Assembly (NCBI GenBank): GCA_951406725.2
Contig: OX597823.1
Span: 100,130,001 to 100,194,000 of the forward strand
Direction of reading: 5' to 3'
DNA length: 64,000 nucleotides
From: Octopus vulgaris
Taxonomy: Eukaryota
In this document: positions 12,287 to 30,240 of the stretch, in pieces
How the letters are laid out: every line of letters starts with the position of its first letter
How positions within the stretch are numbered: position 1 is the stretch's first letter
The notes under the pieces: generated by a model
Database searches by the model: none
What the model saw: the letters and a program-made list of their open reading frames with translations, nothing else
What the model was told of the DNA's origin: nothing
Program-made: the position numbers and the translations under genes

Positions 12287-13733
12287 TTTCTTCTTCCCGT
12301 CTGTCTTGATAGACAATGGGTCGCGCCAAGGGTGGGGCCTACTTTGATGATGAGCAGCGTCTGCTGTGACTGAACAGTCCAATTCTAGAGTGGCAGTCCC
12401 TGGTACAGTTGCTGCACACGAACATCGATAGGTACGTGTGGGGTGTTGCTGCAGTTGTCCTCCTCCTGTCCCGCCTGTCCGACCACAGCTGTGCTCTCCT
12501 TTCCTCAGCCATGGAAACGCCTTTCCTCACTGTCCGACGCCAGGCAGAGCGGTCAGCAGCTGTTACCTCCCACATATCCACACAGATGTTGGCAGTCCTC
12601 AGGTCGCGCTTGCACACATCCCTGTATCGTAGCTGTGGACGTCCCTTGGGTCGGGATCCCGTGGTGAGTTCGTTGTACAGGATGTCTTTAGGCATGCGAC
12701 CGTCCTGCATGCGGCAGACGTGTCCGAGCCAGCGCAGTCGTCTCCGCACGAGGAGGGCATGCATGCTTGGCATATTAGTCTGTTCTAGGATGACTCCGTT
12801 TGGTACTCGGTCCTTCCAGGAGATGCCAAGGATCCGTCGAAGACACCGCATGTGGAAGCCACTGAGGCGGCATTCTTGCCGGGTGTATGTTGTCCAGCTC
12901 TCGCTGCCGTAGAGTAGGGTGCTCAGCACGCAGGCTCGGTACACTGCGATCTTGGTGGTTATTGTGAGCATGTTGTTTTCCCACACTCTCCTGGAGAGCT
13001 TAGCCATGGCAGCAGCAGCCTTCCCAATCCGTCTGTTCAGCTCCGGCTCGAGGGACAGGCTGCTGGAGACCGTCGATCCCAGGTAAGTGAACTCGTTCAC
13101 CACCTGCAAGCTGTGGTCGCCGACACTGATGCTGGGGACCCCTCCGACGTCCTGGCCCATGATCTCTGTCTTTTTCAGGCCGATGGTAAGGCCGAACTCT
13201 TGGCAGGCATCCGCCAGGGAGCTGACCAGCCTCTGGAGACCCTGCTGGTTGTGTGATGTTAGGGCGGCATCGTCAGCAAAGAGGATCTCTCTGATCAGCA
13301 CCTGACGGACTTTGGTCTTAGCTCTGAGGCGCGCAAGATTGAACAATCCACCATCAGCCCTGGTGTGGAGGAACACTCTGTCGTCGGACGTTCTGAAGGC
13401 ATAGGACAGGACAAGGGAGAAGAAAATTCCGAAGAGCGTCGGCGCCAGAACGCAACCCTATTTCACTCCACTCTGGATGGGGAACGACTCCGAGGGCGAT
13501 CCGTCAAACTGCACTGTTCCCTGCATACCGTCGTGAAAGGAGGTGATGAGTTTCAGCAGTCTGGGAGGGCAACCTATCCTACCCAGGAGCGCAAACAGCC
13601 CCTCCCTGCTGACTGAGTCGAACGCCTTAGCCAGGTCGATGAAGGCCACGTATAGGGGCTGTCTCTGTTCTCGACTCTTTTCTTGAAGCTGCCTGAGTGA
13701 GAAGATCATGTCGATTGTAGACCTCTCTGCCCT
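12287..13733 (-). mobile_element. 5'-truncated RTE-clade LINE (RT domain plus C-terminal CCHH region), GC-rich
   Basis: Translation gives RSTIDMIFSLRQLQEK, FIDLAKAFDSV, GVK*GCVLAPTLF, LFADDAAL, FTYLGS, LLYGSESW, RLRWLGHV and CSNCTRDCHSRIGLFSH. It has a short (GAA)n tail and a candidate 13-bp TSD at 12274-12286 and 13734-13746. Confidence 0.93.
12339..13709 (-). pseudogene. RTE reverse transcriptase ORF with a single in-frame stop
   Basis: ORFs 13458-13709 and 12339-13376 are in the same frame. A TAG at 13458-13460 replaces the Q of the QG motif. Confidence 0.9.
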
Positions 13734-13742
13734 ATGTGTATG

Positions 13743-13802
<60 letters not shown>

Positions 13803-15839
13803 CGCACGCACATGCGCACACATGTTGTTTCTCCAAAAGTGCTTTCGATTACGTGCGGAGACGGCCATCGTGAAGCCATTTTATATGCTTTATTGTTTCC
13901 ACTAAGAAATATTCTGTCGTTTTCTGTTGTGTTGTGTGACTAATGCCACAAGGCATAGTCCCTGGGGTTGAGGTGCAGAGTCAGAGATACCATAAGCCAA
14001 AATTTTGGTTATCATTCAAGATGTATGGTGATGCTTCTTTCGGCTCGGAACAAATTCAGTTTTTACCAGGGTTGATTATAGAAGGAAATGTAACCGAGTG
14101 AATACATCGTCCACTCATGTATATTATTAAATTGGTGTGGTGTTTATTGGAGAGATAAAAGCCATGTTGACATCCCGGTGGGAAGAACAATACAGAATAC
14201 CATAAAAAGATTGACCAAGGTGCTTTGCTGCGTCACAGTGATTTCTAATGCAATGAAAATAAATGAAAACAGCCGAAAACGATCGATCAAAACCAAAAAA
14301 GCATTTTAAAAAAACGGTATGGGGAGAACATTAAAAAGATTTACGAACCCAGATGTGAACGCTGAAGCTTAAACATTATCACCGGATATTACAGTCGACT
14401 TTTTACTTTTTATACATCAACTGACAATAGCAGCCTTTATCCAGAACGACGAAAATACATCGCCCTCTTTACACAAACCTGCAACGAAAGTTCAGAGTTT
14501 CATGGCTTTGTTTCCTCGAAACTTTCTTAATGTTGCAAATTTTTCTGTGAGACGCGTTTTAGAATTTGGAAATTACGATTACACCGATAAAATCATAATT
14601 TTTTTCGTTCAAAAAAAAAAGAAGACCATAATTTTTATTAATCTAATAACTTGTTCATAGTTGTTAAACAGCATAATAATATAGGATAAGAACATTGGCG
14701 AAATATCATCCAGAATTCTTTCCATTTGTATTGTAGTAATCAAAACGTGGACTCAGAAATATTTTTCATCTTACCTATCAATTTTGTACTGATAACGAAT
14801 AATATTATCAGGAGGAAGTCAAAGATGTTTATTATATTCGCAATGGTCGCGAGTTGTTGAATGGAAGTCTTTTCTTTCTAACTAAAAAAGAGTATTTCAA
14901 TTTACTTGAAATGCTGTAATGTACAAAAAAAAAACAACGCAGGTGAGAAGTCAGGAGAAAAATAAGTAACGTGATGTCAATAAGAAGAAGAAACAAAGAG
15001 GAAAAAAGTTTGTATTACTTTACATTGGTTGTTCAATGCATTTACAATATTTCGGTAAAGGTTCCCCTTGTAAAATATAAGGAAGAAACTAATCTGAGAG
15101 TTCCAAATAGCAAGTTATTATTGACAGGTCATTCAGATGTGCTTTCCCCGAACTTTTGGATTGTTCCCTTTTATATATTCCTAAAATAGAGAAACATTGA
15201 ACAACTTAGCTTCTGTTTCTGTTTATTTGCATCACTTTAGCTGTTTTGTTTAACATCTCACCAGCATTGCTTAATGATTTTATACATTATTTGCAGACAC
15301 TGGCCTCTAACTATCCAGTCTGAGCATTAGCCACAAGAGAAAAGCCTCTACGTAGTTGCCCCTGGTGTTAGAAATAGTAGCTAAATCTAATTGAAACCAC
15401 ACCCTTATCGTCTTAATGTGTCAGATAATGGGATACTAAATTATATAAACCTACATATACCTAAAAAGGTGGGATGACCGCTTTCGATCAAAGGTTTACT
15501 GATCTAGAAATAAGCATCACCATCGTATCAGTCTAGGAAGACCTGCAATCTTCATATGCACTGCTGCCTTGGTTAACTTATTAAAATAACAACAAAACAT
15601 ACACCGACACGTGTCTCTGGATAAATATATCTGAAGTTGTAACTGTTGGTTGAAGCAAGTTTCATTTAACACAAAATCTTATTAACGAGTCTGATATTTT
15701 ACGCCAGCTATTCCTCAAATATATTTATAGCCACAAAAGAGTTGTAGAATTAAATATCAATCTCGTTATCGTCTTTGCTTCTCAATAAAACACGCACGCA
15801 CACACACGCACACACACACACGCACGCACACACATACAT

Positions 15840-15897
<58 letters not shown>

Positions 15898-16189
15898 ATT
15901 GTCTTTAGACACAATACAACTGGAGATGGCTGGCTAAACTGATGTAATTAGCGTTACTCTTCATAAGTTCAAATGTAACCGGGGAAACTTTGAATCACCG
16001 AAGTCGATCAGTAAATTTAAATACTATCGATCCAGTTAATGATACCTCAACAAATACAAAAGACACACACACACACACACACACACGTGTATGTATATAG
16101 GTATACACACACACACACATATATATATACATACATACGTACATATATACATACACACACTGTTTATGCGTACACAAACACACAAAATA

Positions 16190-16499
16190 CATATATATAT
16201 ACATACATTTACATGCATGCATGTATATGTATGCATGCATGTGAGTATGTATGTATGTGTGTATGTATGTGTGTATGCATATGTGTGTGTGTGTATGTAT
16301 GTATGTATGTATGTATGTATGTGTGTATGTATGTATGTATGTATGTATGTATGTATGTGTTGTGTGTATGCATGTATTATGTTTATGTATGTATGTATGT
16401 ATGTATGTATGTGTGTGTGTATGTATGTATGTATGTATGTATGTATGTATGTATGTATGTATGTATGTATGTATGTATGTATGTATGTATGTATGTGTG

Positions 16500-16528
<29 letters not shown>
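16190..16528. repeat. (TATG)n tetranucleotide microsatellite; similar arrays at 17600-17850, 44977-45027, 55190-55460, 58880-58958
   Basis: Seen directly. It explains the YVCM/HTYI pseudo-ORFs. Confidence 0.95.
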
Positions 16529-16530
<2 letters not shown>

Positions 16531-18415
16531 CAGGATATGTACCAATCCGCCAGGAGCAAATTACAGCTGAAGTTGAGTTTGGGGAAGAGAATGCCACTTC
16601 TAACTTCATACGCTAAGAATAATGACGATATAAGGGGCAATAAGAATCCACAAAACCTTCGTATTTAGAGGATGATGAACAAAACAAAATACTTTCCTTC
16701 ATAACCTTGCTACTAAGCAGATGGGCCATCAAAATGGCTCCAAATAAAAAAGAGGATAAAAACATACGTACATACATACATACAGATGCACACATGCATA
16801 TACACAGAAAACATGCATTCATACCAAAATATCGAACGAATTCTTCCTGAAAGCCCGTGTGGATTTAGTATATCTTGAAGCATAACGATTTGATTTTTCA
16901 ACTTGCGATAAATTCAGAAAAAGGTTTTCGAGCAACACATCTCACTTTTCATTGTATTTGTTGACTTTACGATAGTGTGCGCAATGACAGAGTTCATAGA
17001 CCCTACTTAAAAGATATGGATGTCCGGACAAATGTATAGAGACAGCCAGGCAGTTAAAGGAAGGTATGCCTGTTATGAGCTCTCTAAAGAACGACAGTTA
17101 TCTGCATCCTTTATAGTCATCCATGAAGCAAATCAGGGCTGCGTACACGCTCTCCGAATTATTTCTGGGTAGTGCGTTTGAAAAGATGGTGAAAGGCAAA
17201 TTAATCCATACAAAAATGGCTGGTGGGTTGTTGGACCTCTCTCAGCTAAGATCTAAAAAGTGACGAACATCTCTCTAGCGGCTCATCAAAAAAAAAAAAC
17301 GCATGAATTTGGTCAATGCAGGGGCAGTTTTCGGTCCATCAATAAATGCAAAAGTACGCCAGACACGCTCACCTAGATGCCCTAGCCTGGCTCGCTCAAG
17401 CTCTATTTTGTGTCAATGATCCACTGCACCAGGTCTACCAACAACATTTCGCAGTATCTGCCATCATGGTGAAGTCAGAACGGTTTACTATTCCAAATTA
17501 GAGCAGAACAACATTTATGAAGTTTCTTCAATATATATGAAGAAAAAAATTCTTTTCTGCTACCAAATCATACTCAGTTACAAAGGAAGGCAAGTCAAAC
17601 ATACATACAACACACATAGATATATGCATACATACGTACATACACACACATATGCATACATACACACATACATACATACATACACACACATACATACATA
17701 CATACATACACACATACATACATACATACATACACACATACATGCATACATACAAACATACATACACACACAAACATACATATACACATACACACACACA
17801 TACATACATACATACATACGACACACACACATACATACACAAACACACATACGACCATCGTCCATCTTTCTTTTCCTTCAGGACTGTCCTAAGCACTGGA
17901 TGTATCCTTTCTCTCTCTTCTATCTTTTCAAAGAAAATAATTCTTCTATCTTTCTTCTATCTTCTACCTTTTCGAAGAAAATATTTCTCCAGCGTTCGCT
18001 ATTTTACCCTCGTTCTGGTCTAACGACCCTCCATGTTTGTTTTCGTTTGATTTCCTTGTATGTCTCCACTGTCCAGTTTTTGTTCCCAACTTTGACCCGC
18101 CATAAGTCCCAAATTTTCGTTTGGTACTTATGGGAGCAACTGTCTTCGAAGACTCATACTGTCGTTCAATGCTCGAAATGAGGAGTAGGTAGACAGCCGA
18201 CAACTGATGAATGGTCGTTCTTTAAGTTACTTATCCTGTTTTCCATTTGTTTCTCTCGTTGTTTGCGTATTGAACTCACTTGTTTTCGTATTTTATGTTG
18301 TTTACTGTTGATGACGTTCTGTACCCATATATGCTTATATATATTATTTATGTATACATACGTACATACATACATACATGCATACATATATATATGTATA
18401 TATATACATATATAT

Positions 18416-18539
<124 letters not shown>

Positions 18540-18571
18540 ATATTTTCTCCCTGTTCATATACCTTCTGCAG

Positions 18572-18674
18572 TTGTTAACCTGCAACAGTTTAAACGGAAC
18601 ATTAACTACATCAATCCCGTCAGTGTCAGGGGGGCCTGCAATGGCCATGGGCTCTGCCCCTTCCTTCAGATTTA
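18572..18674 (+). CDS. Candidate internal exon of an unidentified host gene (103 bp)
   Basis: A pyrimidine tract TTTTCTCCCTGTTCATATACCTTCTGCAG forms the acceptor and GTAAGT the donor. It is a unique, GC-richer island between microsatellites. Open frames are [34 protein letters not shown] or [33 protein letters not shown]. Confidence 0.45.
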
Positions 18675-18680
18675 GTAAGT

Positions 18681-18716
<36 letters not shown>

Positions 18717-19104
18717 CCCACATATGCAGAGAGGGAGAGCGATATAACCTAACTTAATGTGTATGCGTGAATGTTAGAAATGTTAAGGACCCACACATAC
18801 ATACGCAACACATCATATCATATATCGTATATGACGTTAACGTGTCTGCGTATGTGTGTGTGCGCGTGCTTTTCTTTTTCACACTGTTTAATTATTCGGT
18901 ATACTGACTTTTTCAGTTCCCATGCTGTGTTCGTGTATGAAAATATCGTAATGTAAATTACCTTATCTATCACAAATATAAGAAGTATTGTCTACGAAAC
19001 TTGACGGTAGCAACGTTAAACGAACTCTGACGAAGATAGACGAATGTAAAACCAGTTAGGTATTTGCGCTGACTACTACATATGTATATATATATGTATA
19101 TATG

Positions 19105-23301
<4,197 letters not shown>

Positions 23302-25120
23302 CATACATACATACATACATACATACATACATACATACATACATACATACATACATCAGTTTTATTCGAAATGGTCATCTGGTTGTACACCAACTTGACC
23401 ACAGTCTATTAGTTGGAATCAGTAAAAGATTTATTTTTAATTTCTTTACTGCCGACAGGGGGCTAAACATAGAGGGGACAAACAAGAACAGACAAACGGA
23501 TTAAGTCGATTGTATCGACCCTAGTGCGTAACTGGTACTTATTTAATCGACCCCGAAAGGATGAAAGGCAAAGTCGACCAAATGTCCGTATGGTTGTACC
23601 CTAGCCTTCGCCATAATCTATCGGCTGGAACCAGTAAAAGATTTTAAAGATCATATATATATATATAAACACATTGCACATTAGTTCCTTAGCTCCTGTG
23701 CTGCTTAAGTATGTAATTTAACGCATCTCTTTCAGCATCTCAAAATTGTTAAAGACAGTTCTAAAACGTCCGCCGCCTTCCTAATCTTCAACCTACCCCT
23801 ACTACTTAGTGGCCACCTACTGAGCCAGCCATTTCTACTGGAGATTTAATACGTCATATTTTTTTGTTAATAAATTTCATTTTGCTTTTCCGTCTTTATT
23901 ATTTTGTCTCCTGTTTTTGTCTTAAATTTCCATTATACTTCTATTCTGCAAAAATCAAAACCAAATATGATAATCAATGAATTTTTTTTATTTAATGGAA
24001 AGAAAACATCGCCATAATGCTGTTTCTGAATAAGATACTGTTTTTCTTCTCATTTGTTTTTCTTTCGTTTATTTCATCAGGTCATTGTGTCGTCTGCAAT
24101 CGACATGATTACACATTGAATAATGAATACGGCCAAAAACATAGTAAGTAATCCGCTTTCGTATGTGTCGACTCATGAACGTTGTTAAGAATTAAATATT
24201 TTATTAATATTTTACAATTTCTTAGCATTCTACAGTGGAGCAGTTGTGGGGAAAGCGACAAAGTTCTCTGGGAAATTCTATGCGTCAATGACAATCAGCT
24301 GACTGATCTCTTCTAGAAGACTTTCCACCCAAGAACTATATCAAGAATTATGTTCCACCCAAGAACATAATAGCCAGAAATCCCTGGCGTAGCAGTGCTA
24401 ACTGAGTGCATTGCAATCTGGAGATAAACTCAAAAGACACAGAAGTAGCATCGACCGGGCCTAACTGAGATGCACGTAGAACATCGAAGCCATTCTGCAC
24501 ACGCTGGTTCAGTATCTACACAAATTCTTATGTGGAGCTTTGTCGAACAGCTGTGGTCGTGTATAAGATGAAGCCGGCGCTCAGCCGAGTCCATCGTGTA
24601 AACTGCCCCGTCCCTGCCTTGTTTGGATCGGGAAGAATTATACAGTTCTCCTCAACCTGGTGTCTATGACGAAAGAGGTTATGCTGTGGGTGCGACTGAA
24701 AAGATTAAAGACTGCTACTTTCACTTTCGATGAAACCCTCATCGACATTTCCAAGTTTCAAATAGAGAAGGAAGTGCTGCCCTTCAGTAAATTTGCTGAA
24801 ATGTGAGTTGACGACAGCAGCCGACATAAGACGCGGGACTAAGTCCCTCCTGAGTGTATGCTGTCCATTGATTAGTGATACCCAGTACAACATACTTTCT
24901 TAGGTGGTCAGAGTAATCTGTATCTGTGATATTCCCTGATTGATCAAGGGGGCCTGTCTCCATTTTGGTGTACATTTCTTGGATTGTGCCTTCATTGCTA
25001 TCTGTTGTTATTTTCTTTTTACACAATACGAAACAAAGAACCGACGAAGGATTTCACATCGATATAATCCACTACTCACTCCCATTTCATAACTGCTGGC
25101 CTTGTGTCTAAATTAGAAAT

Positions 25121-25168
<48 letters not shown>

Positions 25169-25591
25169 CAGCAGCAGCAGCAGTAGTAGTAGTAGTCCTC
25201 GTCAATGTTGAGGATGATAAATGAAGGATGAGGAGTTAAAAAATTATTCATGATGTCCACGTATGAGCATGTGCTTCAATACGTCTAAATGTAAGCCTAT
25301 AGCAAACACATTGATAAAAATATTCCCATCTAGCAAAGATCTCAATTATATTCATAATTAAGTTCACGTGCAAGAAAATTACACGATTGCTAAGACCGCC
25401 AGATTAGATAAGCTGTCTTGGCGTATCCATGATCTCAAAATGCTATGAGCTAAAACACTGGAAGATATTTCATGGGAAAAGCAAAAATTCTTGAAGTGCT
25501 TTAAACATTTTGGAGAATGGTACTTTGAGTCAGCACAGTAAGTTTGTTTTAATAAATCAATTGGTGGAATCGAAGTTAGAGTAATATCTGA

Positions 25592-25997
25592 TACTCTTTT
25601 ACTCTTTTACTTGTTTCAGCCATTTGACTGCGGCCATGCTGGAGCACCGCCTTTAGTCGAGTAAATCGACCCCGGGACTTATTCTTTGTAAGCCCAGTAC
25701 TTATTCTATCGGTCTCTTTTGCCGAACCGCTAAGTGACGGGGACGTAAACACACCAGCATCGGTTGTCAAGCAATGCTAGGGGGACAAATACAGACACAC
25801 AAACGCACATACATACATATATATACATATATACGACGGGCTTCTTTCAGTTTCCGTCTACCAAATCCACTCACAAGGCATTGGTCGGCCCGGGGCTATA
25901 GCAGAAGACACTTGCCCAAGATGCCACACAGTGGGACTGAACCCGGAACCATGTGGTTGGTTAGCAAGCTACTTACCACACAGCCACTCCTGCGCCT
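25592..25997 (-). mobile_element. Full-length tRNA-derived SINE with internal microsatellite and (AAAGAGT)n-like tail
   Basis: Head GGAGTGGCTGTGTGGTAAG...GGTTCCGGGTTCAGTCCC (A/B boxes) followed by a CORE-like TTGGGCAAGTGTCTT. A nearly identical copy lies at 58959-59393; decayed copies at about 41900-42030, 53190-53410 and 57110-57490. Confidence 0.85.
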
Positions 25998-27106
25998 ACT
26001 TTTTCTTTTCTTTTTTTTTTTTCATTTAAATCATTAAATTTTTTTTTAACGGTCTTTTTCAGAGTTGTACCTGTCTCGCAAGTGATTTGATATGAGATCG
26101 TTTGTTGAAGCTAAAACAAATACAGCGTGGGAAACTCACTTCAGATATTCAAAAACACACAAACACTGTTAACCTCACTTAATGATTTATCCTTTGGTGT
26201 CAAAATTTTCGTCGCACTGTTTTTGACTCGGTCACTAACACAGTTTCACGGTGACTGATCTCAAAGTAGCTTGTTCGCCAGTACACATATAAGCCTCGAG
26301 GATTTAAATATTTTTTCTCTTTCTTTTCTTTTTGTGTCTTCTTGTCTGTATAGGTCAACATTCAGGTTATCATCACAAGCTGCTCCTATTTCATCTTTCA
26401 TATCAATTGATATATCGATATTATTGATTTCACGTGACTGATTAGCTCTAACCTCAATCTGTTTATTTTCTATTTCAGGTTTTTTTTTTCCAAATTACTC
26501 CAAATAAATTATTGAAATAAGATGTAGTATTAAAGCAGCTCAAAGTATTTGAAACGACCGAATCAAGCATGGCGGTAACTTTAAACCTATCCTCAGTGGT
26601 AGAATAGCTATACACATCACTTTTCTCGCCTACCTTTTCAGCTTCTTTGTTTCTGCTTGGCAAATTTATTTGAGTTCCGATACCTTTCATCAAGAACCTT
26701 AACTTCACCAAGAAAACTATCCCATTTTTACGTAAAGAACTTTGGTTATCCAAAATTAATTTCAAATTATTCCCATACACATTAATTGTCGCATTCCGAA
26801 CTTTGTGGCAATATTACGGTAGTGAATTGCTGTTAAAAGTCTGACTCAAGTTGATGCCATACAATTCCACTCAAAGGAATTTGAATTAATCTGAATGCTT
26901 CTCACGTTTAAAATTGCTTCCACGGTGCAACATATTGTTGAAGTTCTGAACAGACACCAGAAGAAAAAATAGTGACTTCAATGCAAAATTTAGCTGTGCT
27001 AGCTTCACATAAGTTGAGATTATAATATGTACAAGAAGAAAATAAAACCAATAAACTGAACTGACTTAAAAGTGTGTGACACTCATTAAGGCAATCAGAC
27101 AGGTTA

Positions 27107-28376
27107 CGAGGGGCGTTCAATAAGTAATGCCCCTGACCCACTTCCCATAGCAGTAGAGCAACGAAACTTGGCACAGTTATTAGTCTTTTCCTACATAGGA
27201 ACTACCCAGAGTTATGTATTTCTCCCATCGTTTGATACAGCTCTGGAGACCGTTTTTGTAGAAGACCCCAGCTTGGTCCTCCAACCACGACGTGACTTCA
27301 GAAATCAAGGCTGCATCATCTGGGAAACGCTTTCCTTTCAAAATCAACTTCATGGCTGGGAAGAGGTGAAAATCAGAGGGTGCAAGGGGAGGAGTTCATA
27401 GCTGCACGCCTGTGCTTCTGATCTGGCGACACGCGAGTTGTGGACCGGAGCGTTGGCCTGCGGGAGGAGGATGCCTTTGCTGATCTTGCCCCGCCTCTTG
27501 ATTTTGATAGCTTCTCTTAATTTCCTCAAAAGTGAAGCTTAATAGGCTCCTGTAATTGTGGTACCCTTTGCCAGGAAATCTGTCATCACTACTCCGTCCT
27601 GGTCCCAGAAGACTGTGAGCATAACCTTGTCAGCGGAGGGCTGCACCCTTGCCTTCTTTGGAGGAGGTGAGTCACGGTGCTTTCACTGCATTGACTGGGC
27701 TTTGGTCTATGGATCATAGTGATGGACCCAGGTTTTATCCTGTGTGATCAGTCTTTTGAAAAATTTTGACTCATCTTCTTGGCACATCTCCAAATTCATC
27801 CTCGAGCACTCAACGCGTTCTTGCTTCTGGAAAGGTGTGAGCAACCTGGAAATCCATCTGGCAGACACCTTTTGCATATGCAAATGGTCATGAATGATAG
27901 TTTCCACAGACCCGGTACTAATCTTGACCTTATGGGCTATTTGGCGAATAGTTATGCGTTGACCTTCCAAAATGGCAGCCTCAACTTGACGGACAGACGT
28001 CTCATCAACGGCAGAAGGGGGCGACCAGATCTGGGAGCTGTTTCCACAGAGTTCCGACTATGTTTGAATTCACAATGCCAGCGTTTTACAAGGTCATATG
28101 ATGGGGCATCATCACCATAAGTTACTTTCATTTCATCAAAAGACTTCCGTGGTGTGCGTCCTTTCAAATACAAAAACCAGGTCACTGCTCGACACTCAAC
28201 AGGCTCCATTTCACACTTGACTCAGTTCAAACACCTGTAAATCAGAAACCACAATTAGTTCAGAGCTGTAATTCGCCACTTAATCTATAGAGGTATAAAT
28301 AAGTGCACATGCAAAATTTCAGCTAGATCAAATAACTGCAAGTGGGTCAGGGGCATTACTTATTGAACGCCCCTCG
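27107..28376 (-). mobile_element. Near full-length mariner transposon (irritans-like), inactive
   Basis: About 37-bp TIRs CGAGGGGCGTTCAATAAGTAATGCCCCTGACCCACTT at both ends, with TA TSDs. Transposase pieces include APRSGRP, VSARWISRLLT and ITQDKTWVHHYDP. There are frameshifts, and the YSPDL motif is partly deleted. Confidence 0.95.
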
Positions 28377-28537
28377 TACTTCTGTTATCGTGGCCTCGGC
28401 CGTGAGTTGTTCAAAGTATCAAATATTAATATAGCTACATCATCGCTTTCCGATTACAGTCAACAAAATCAAGAAGTTTGCCTTTTACATCATATCTTTA
28501 TTTAGATAAGCATGTTGTAACATCATTGAACAAGGAA

Positions 28538-28958
28538 GGGATCTTTTCGGTTTGAACGGCAGTTTTTTCTAGCGGTGTCATATGAAATTGTCACCCATAA
28601 TTATGACCCTAGTATCGATCTATTGCATTTCAATCTGTTTTACGGTTAGGGTTAGGGGTGGGGGGAAGGGTATCTTTTTTTCTTCACAGATGTAAATAAA
28701 CCCAATCTGTTTCTTAAACGAGGGACATATTCATACGGCACAGGATGTTTTTTTTACCTCAATAGACGTCAGTGATTGGTTGAAATTGCAGAAATTGAAG
28801 AAAAACAACAACAAATATCTTACAAACTATAGAATTTTCTCAATAAGGCCAAGAGAAAAAGATGTTTTATAAACACATTCTACCAGTATACGAAGTTTTA
28901 AATTTTTTAGTTATCTAGAAATTATGTTAAAGACTGCCGTTCAAACCGAAAAGATCCC
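28538..28958. mobile_element. MITE / non-autonomous DNA transposon
   Basis: 26-bp perfect TIRs GGGATCTTTTCGGTTTGAACGGCAGT, flanked by the direct repeat AAGGAA (28532-28537, 28959-28964). Confidence 0.9.
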
Positions 28959-30167
28959 AAGGAAGACTTGCATCAGCAATGCTACTGTAATATTTTACAT
29001 ATTTACGTTCTATACAATAGTCTTACTCAGGTGATGGGCTTAACAAGTAATTAACTAATTTTGACATCCAGAATTAAGCCCCTCTTCCCAAAACTGCAGA
29101 CCTTGTGCCTAAATCAGGAACTATTATTATACTTGTCCCCTCTTCTACCTTGAGAGTTGTTATTATTTTTTACCTTCATGTTAAAGAGTAAGCATTCTTC
29201 ACTGTAGAACAAAATCGAAGACATAAACAATCTATTTTTATTATTCTGTTGCTGCGCTACGACTTACGTTTGTAGGCTTAAACAATTCATACATAATACG
29301 CTGCACGCCATCTTACTTTCATTACAAAAGAAAAGTGTATATGGCCGAGTTTGAACCCACTTCTCCCAATTATTAAACGAAACAAAAAACTGTCCCACAA
29401 AAGTCAGTCTATTGTGTAACGAATAATATGAATATTTATATGTTGTCCTATAACAGTTTGTCTTCGATTTCGTACCCCACCCCCCGTTAAAATATTACAG
29501 AATAATATCAGGGATGATCTGACATAACAGAGCCCCTTGGTTCCCTTGCATAGTAATTGAAGGTGTCCCTTCATTAATGAAAGCTAGTTGAATGTTGACT
29601 TCTGTTGTTATAGAAAATCTGTGCTCTAATTTCGTCAACGCTAAATAAAACTGCAAGAGAAAACGACAACGGTTTGTTGTCCTTTAATTTTGATTTCACT
29701 GAATCCTCTTCCTCATTCAACTTTTATTTCCTTCTTCATCTTCATTTATGAGGATACATTTCGCAAACAACAATAAAATAAATTACAATCAGACAAATTC
29801 TCTTAACAATTATAATTTTAATACAAACATCTTTCGTTGACTCACTGATTATGAAAGGCTGTTTTAATTCATGTGCCTATGATTAATACGCACATGAATG
29901 GGTTGTGTGGTGGTTTTATTATTATGAAACGTGTTGCTAACAATACACTGTTATTATTATTATCATAGCAAGTAATACAGTCATAATAACACAACTCACT
30001 GATTCCATTTAAGCCTGTCCTATTATTATAATTACAAAACACGCAATGTGGAAAAGCTGATTTCATTCATAGGCGTGTCAACGATCCCCATATAAAAATG
30101 TGTTTTGTGTCGTTCTAGTTCGTATATAATAATACTAATATATATAATAATAATATGTATAATAGTA

Positions 30168-30237
<70 letters not shown>

Positions 30238-30240
<3 letters not shown>

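Noticed and set aside
18195-18260. CAACTGATGAATGG hammerhead-like start
   Set aside because: No downstream GAAA or closing stems were found.
24300-25050. Possible old RTE-like LINE relic on the minus strand
   Set aside because: The motifs are too eroded to support a call without a database search.
28643-28660. Interstitial telomere
   Set aside because: Only about 2 TTAGGG units, internal to a MITE.
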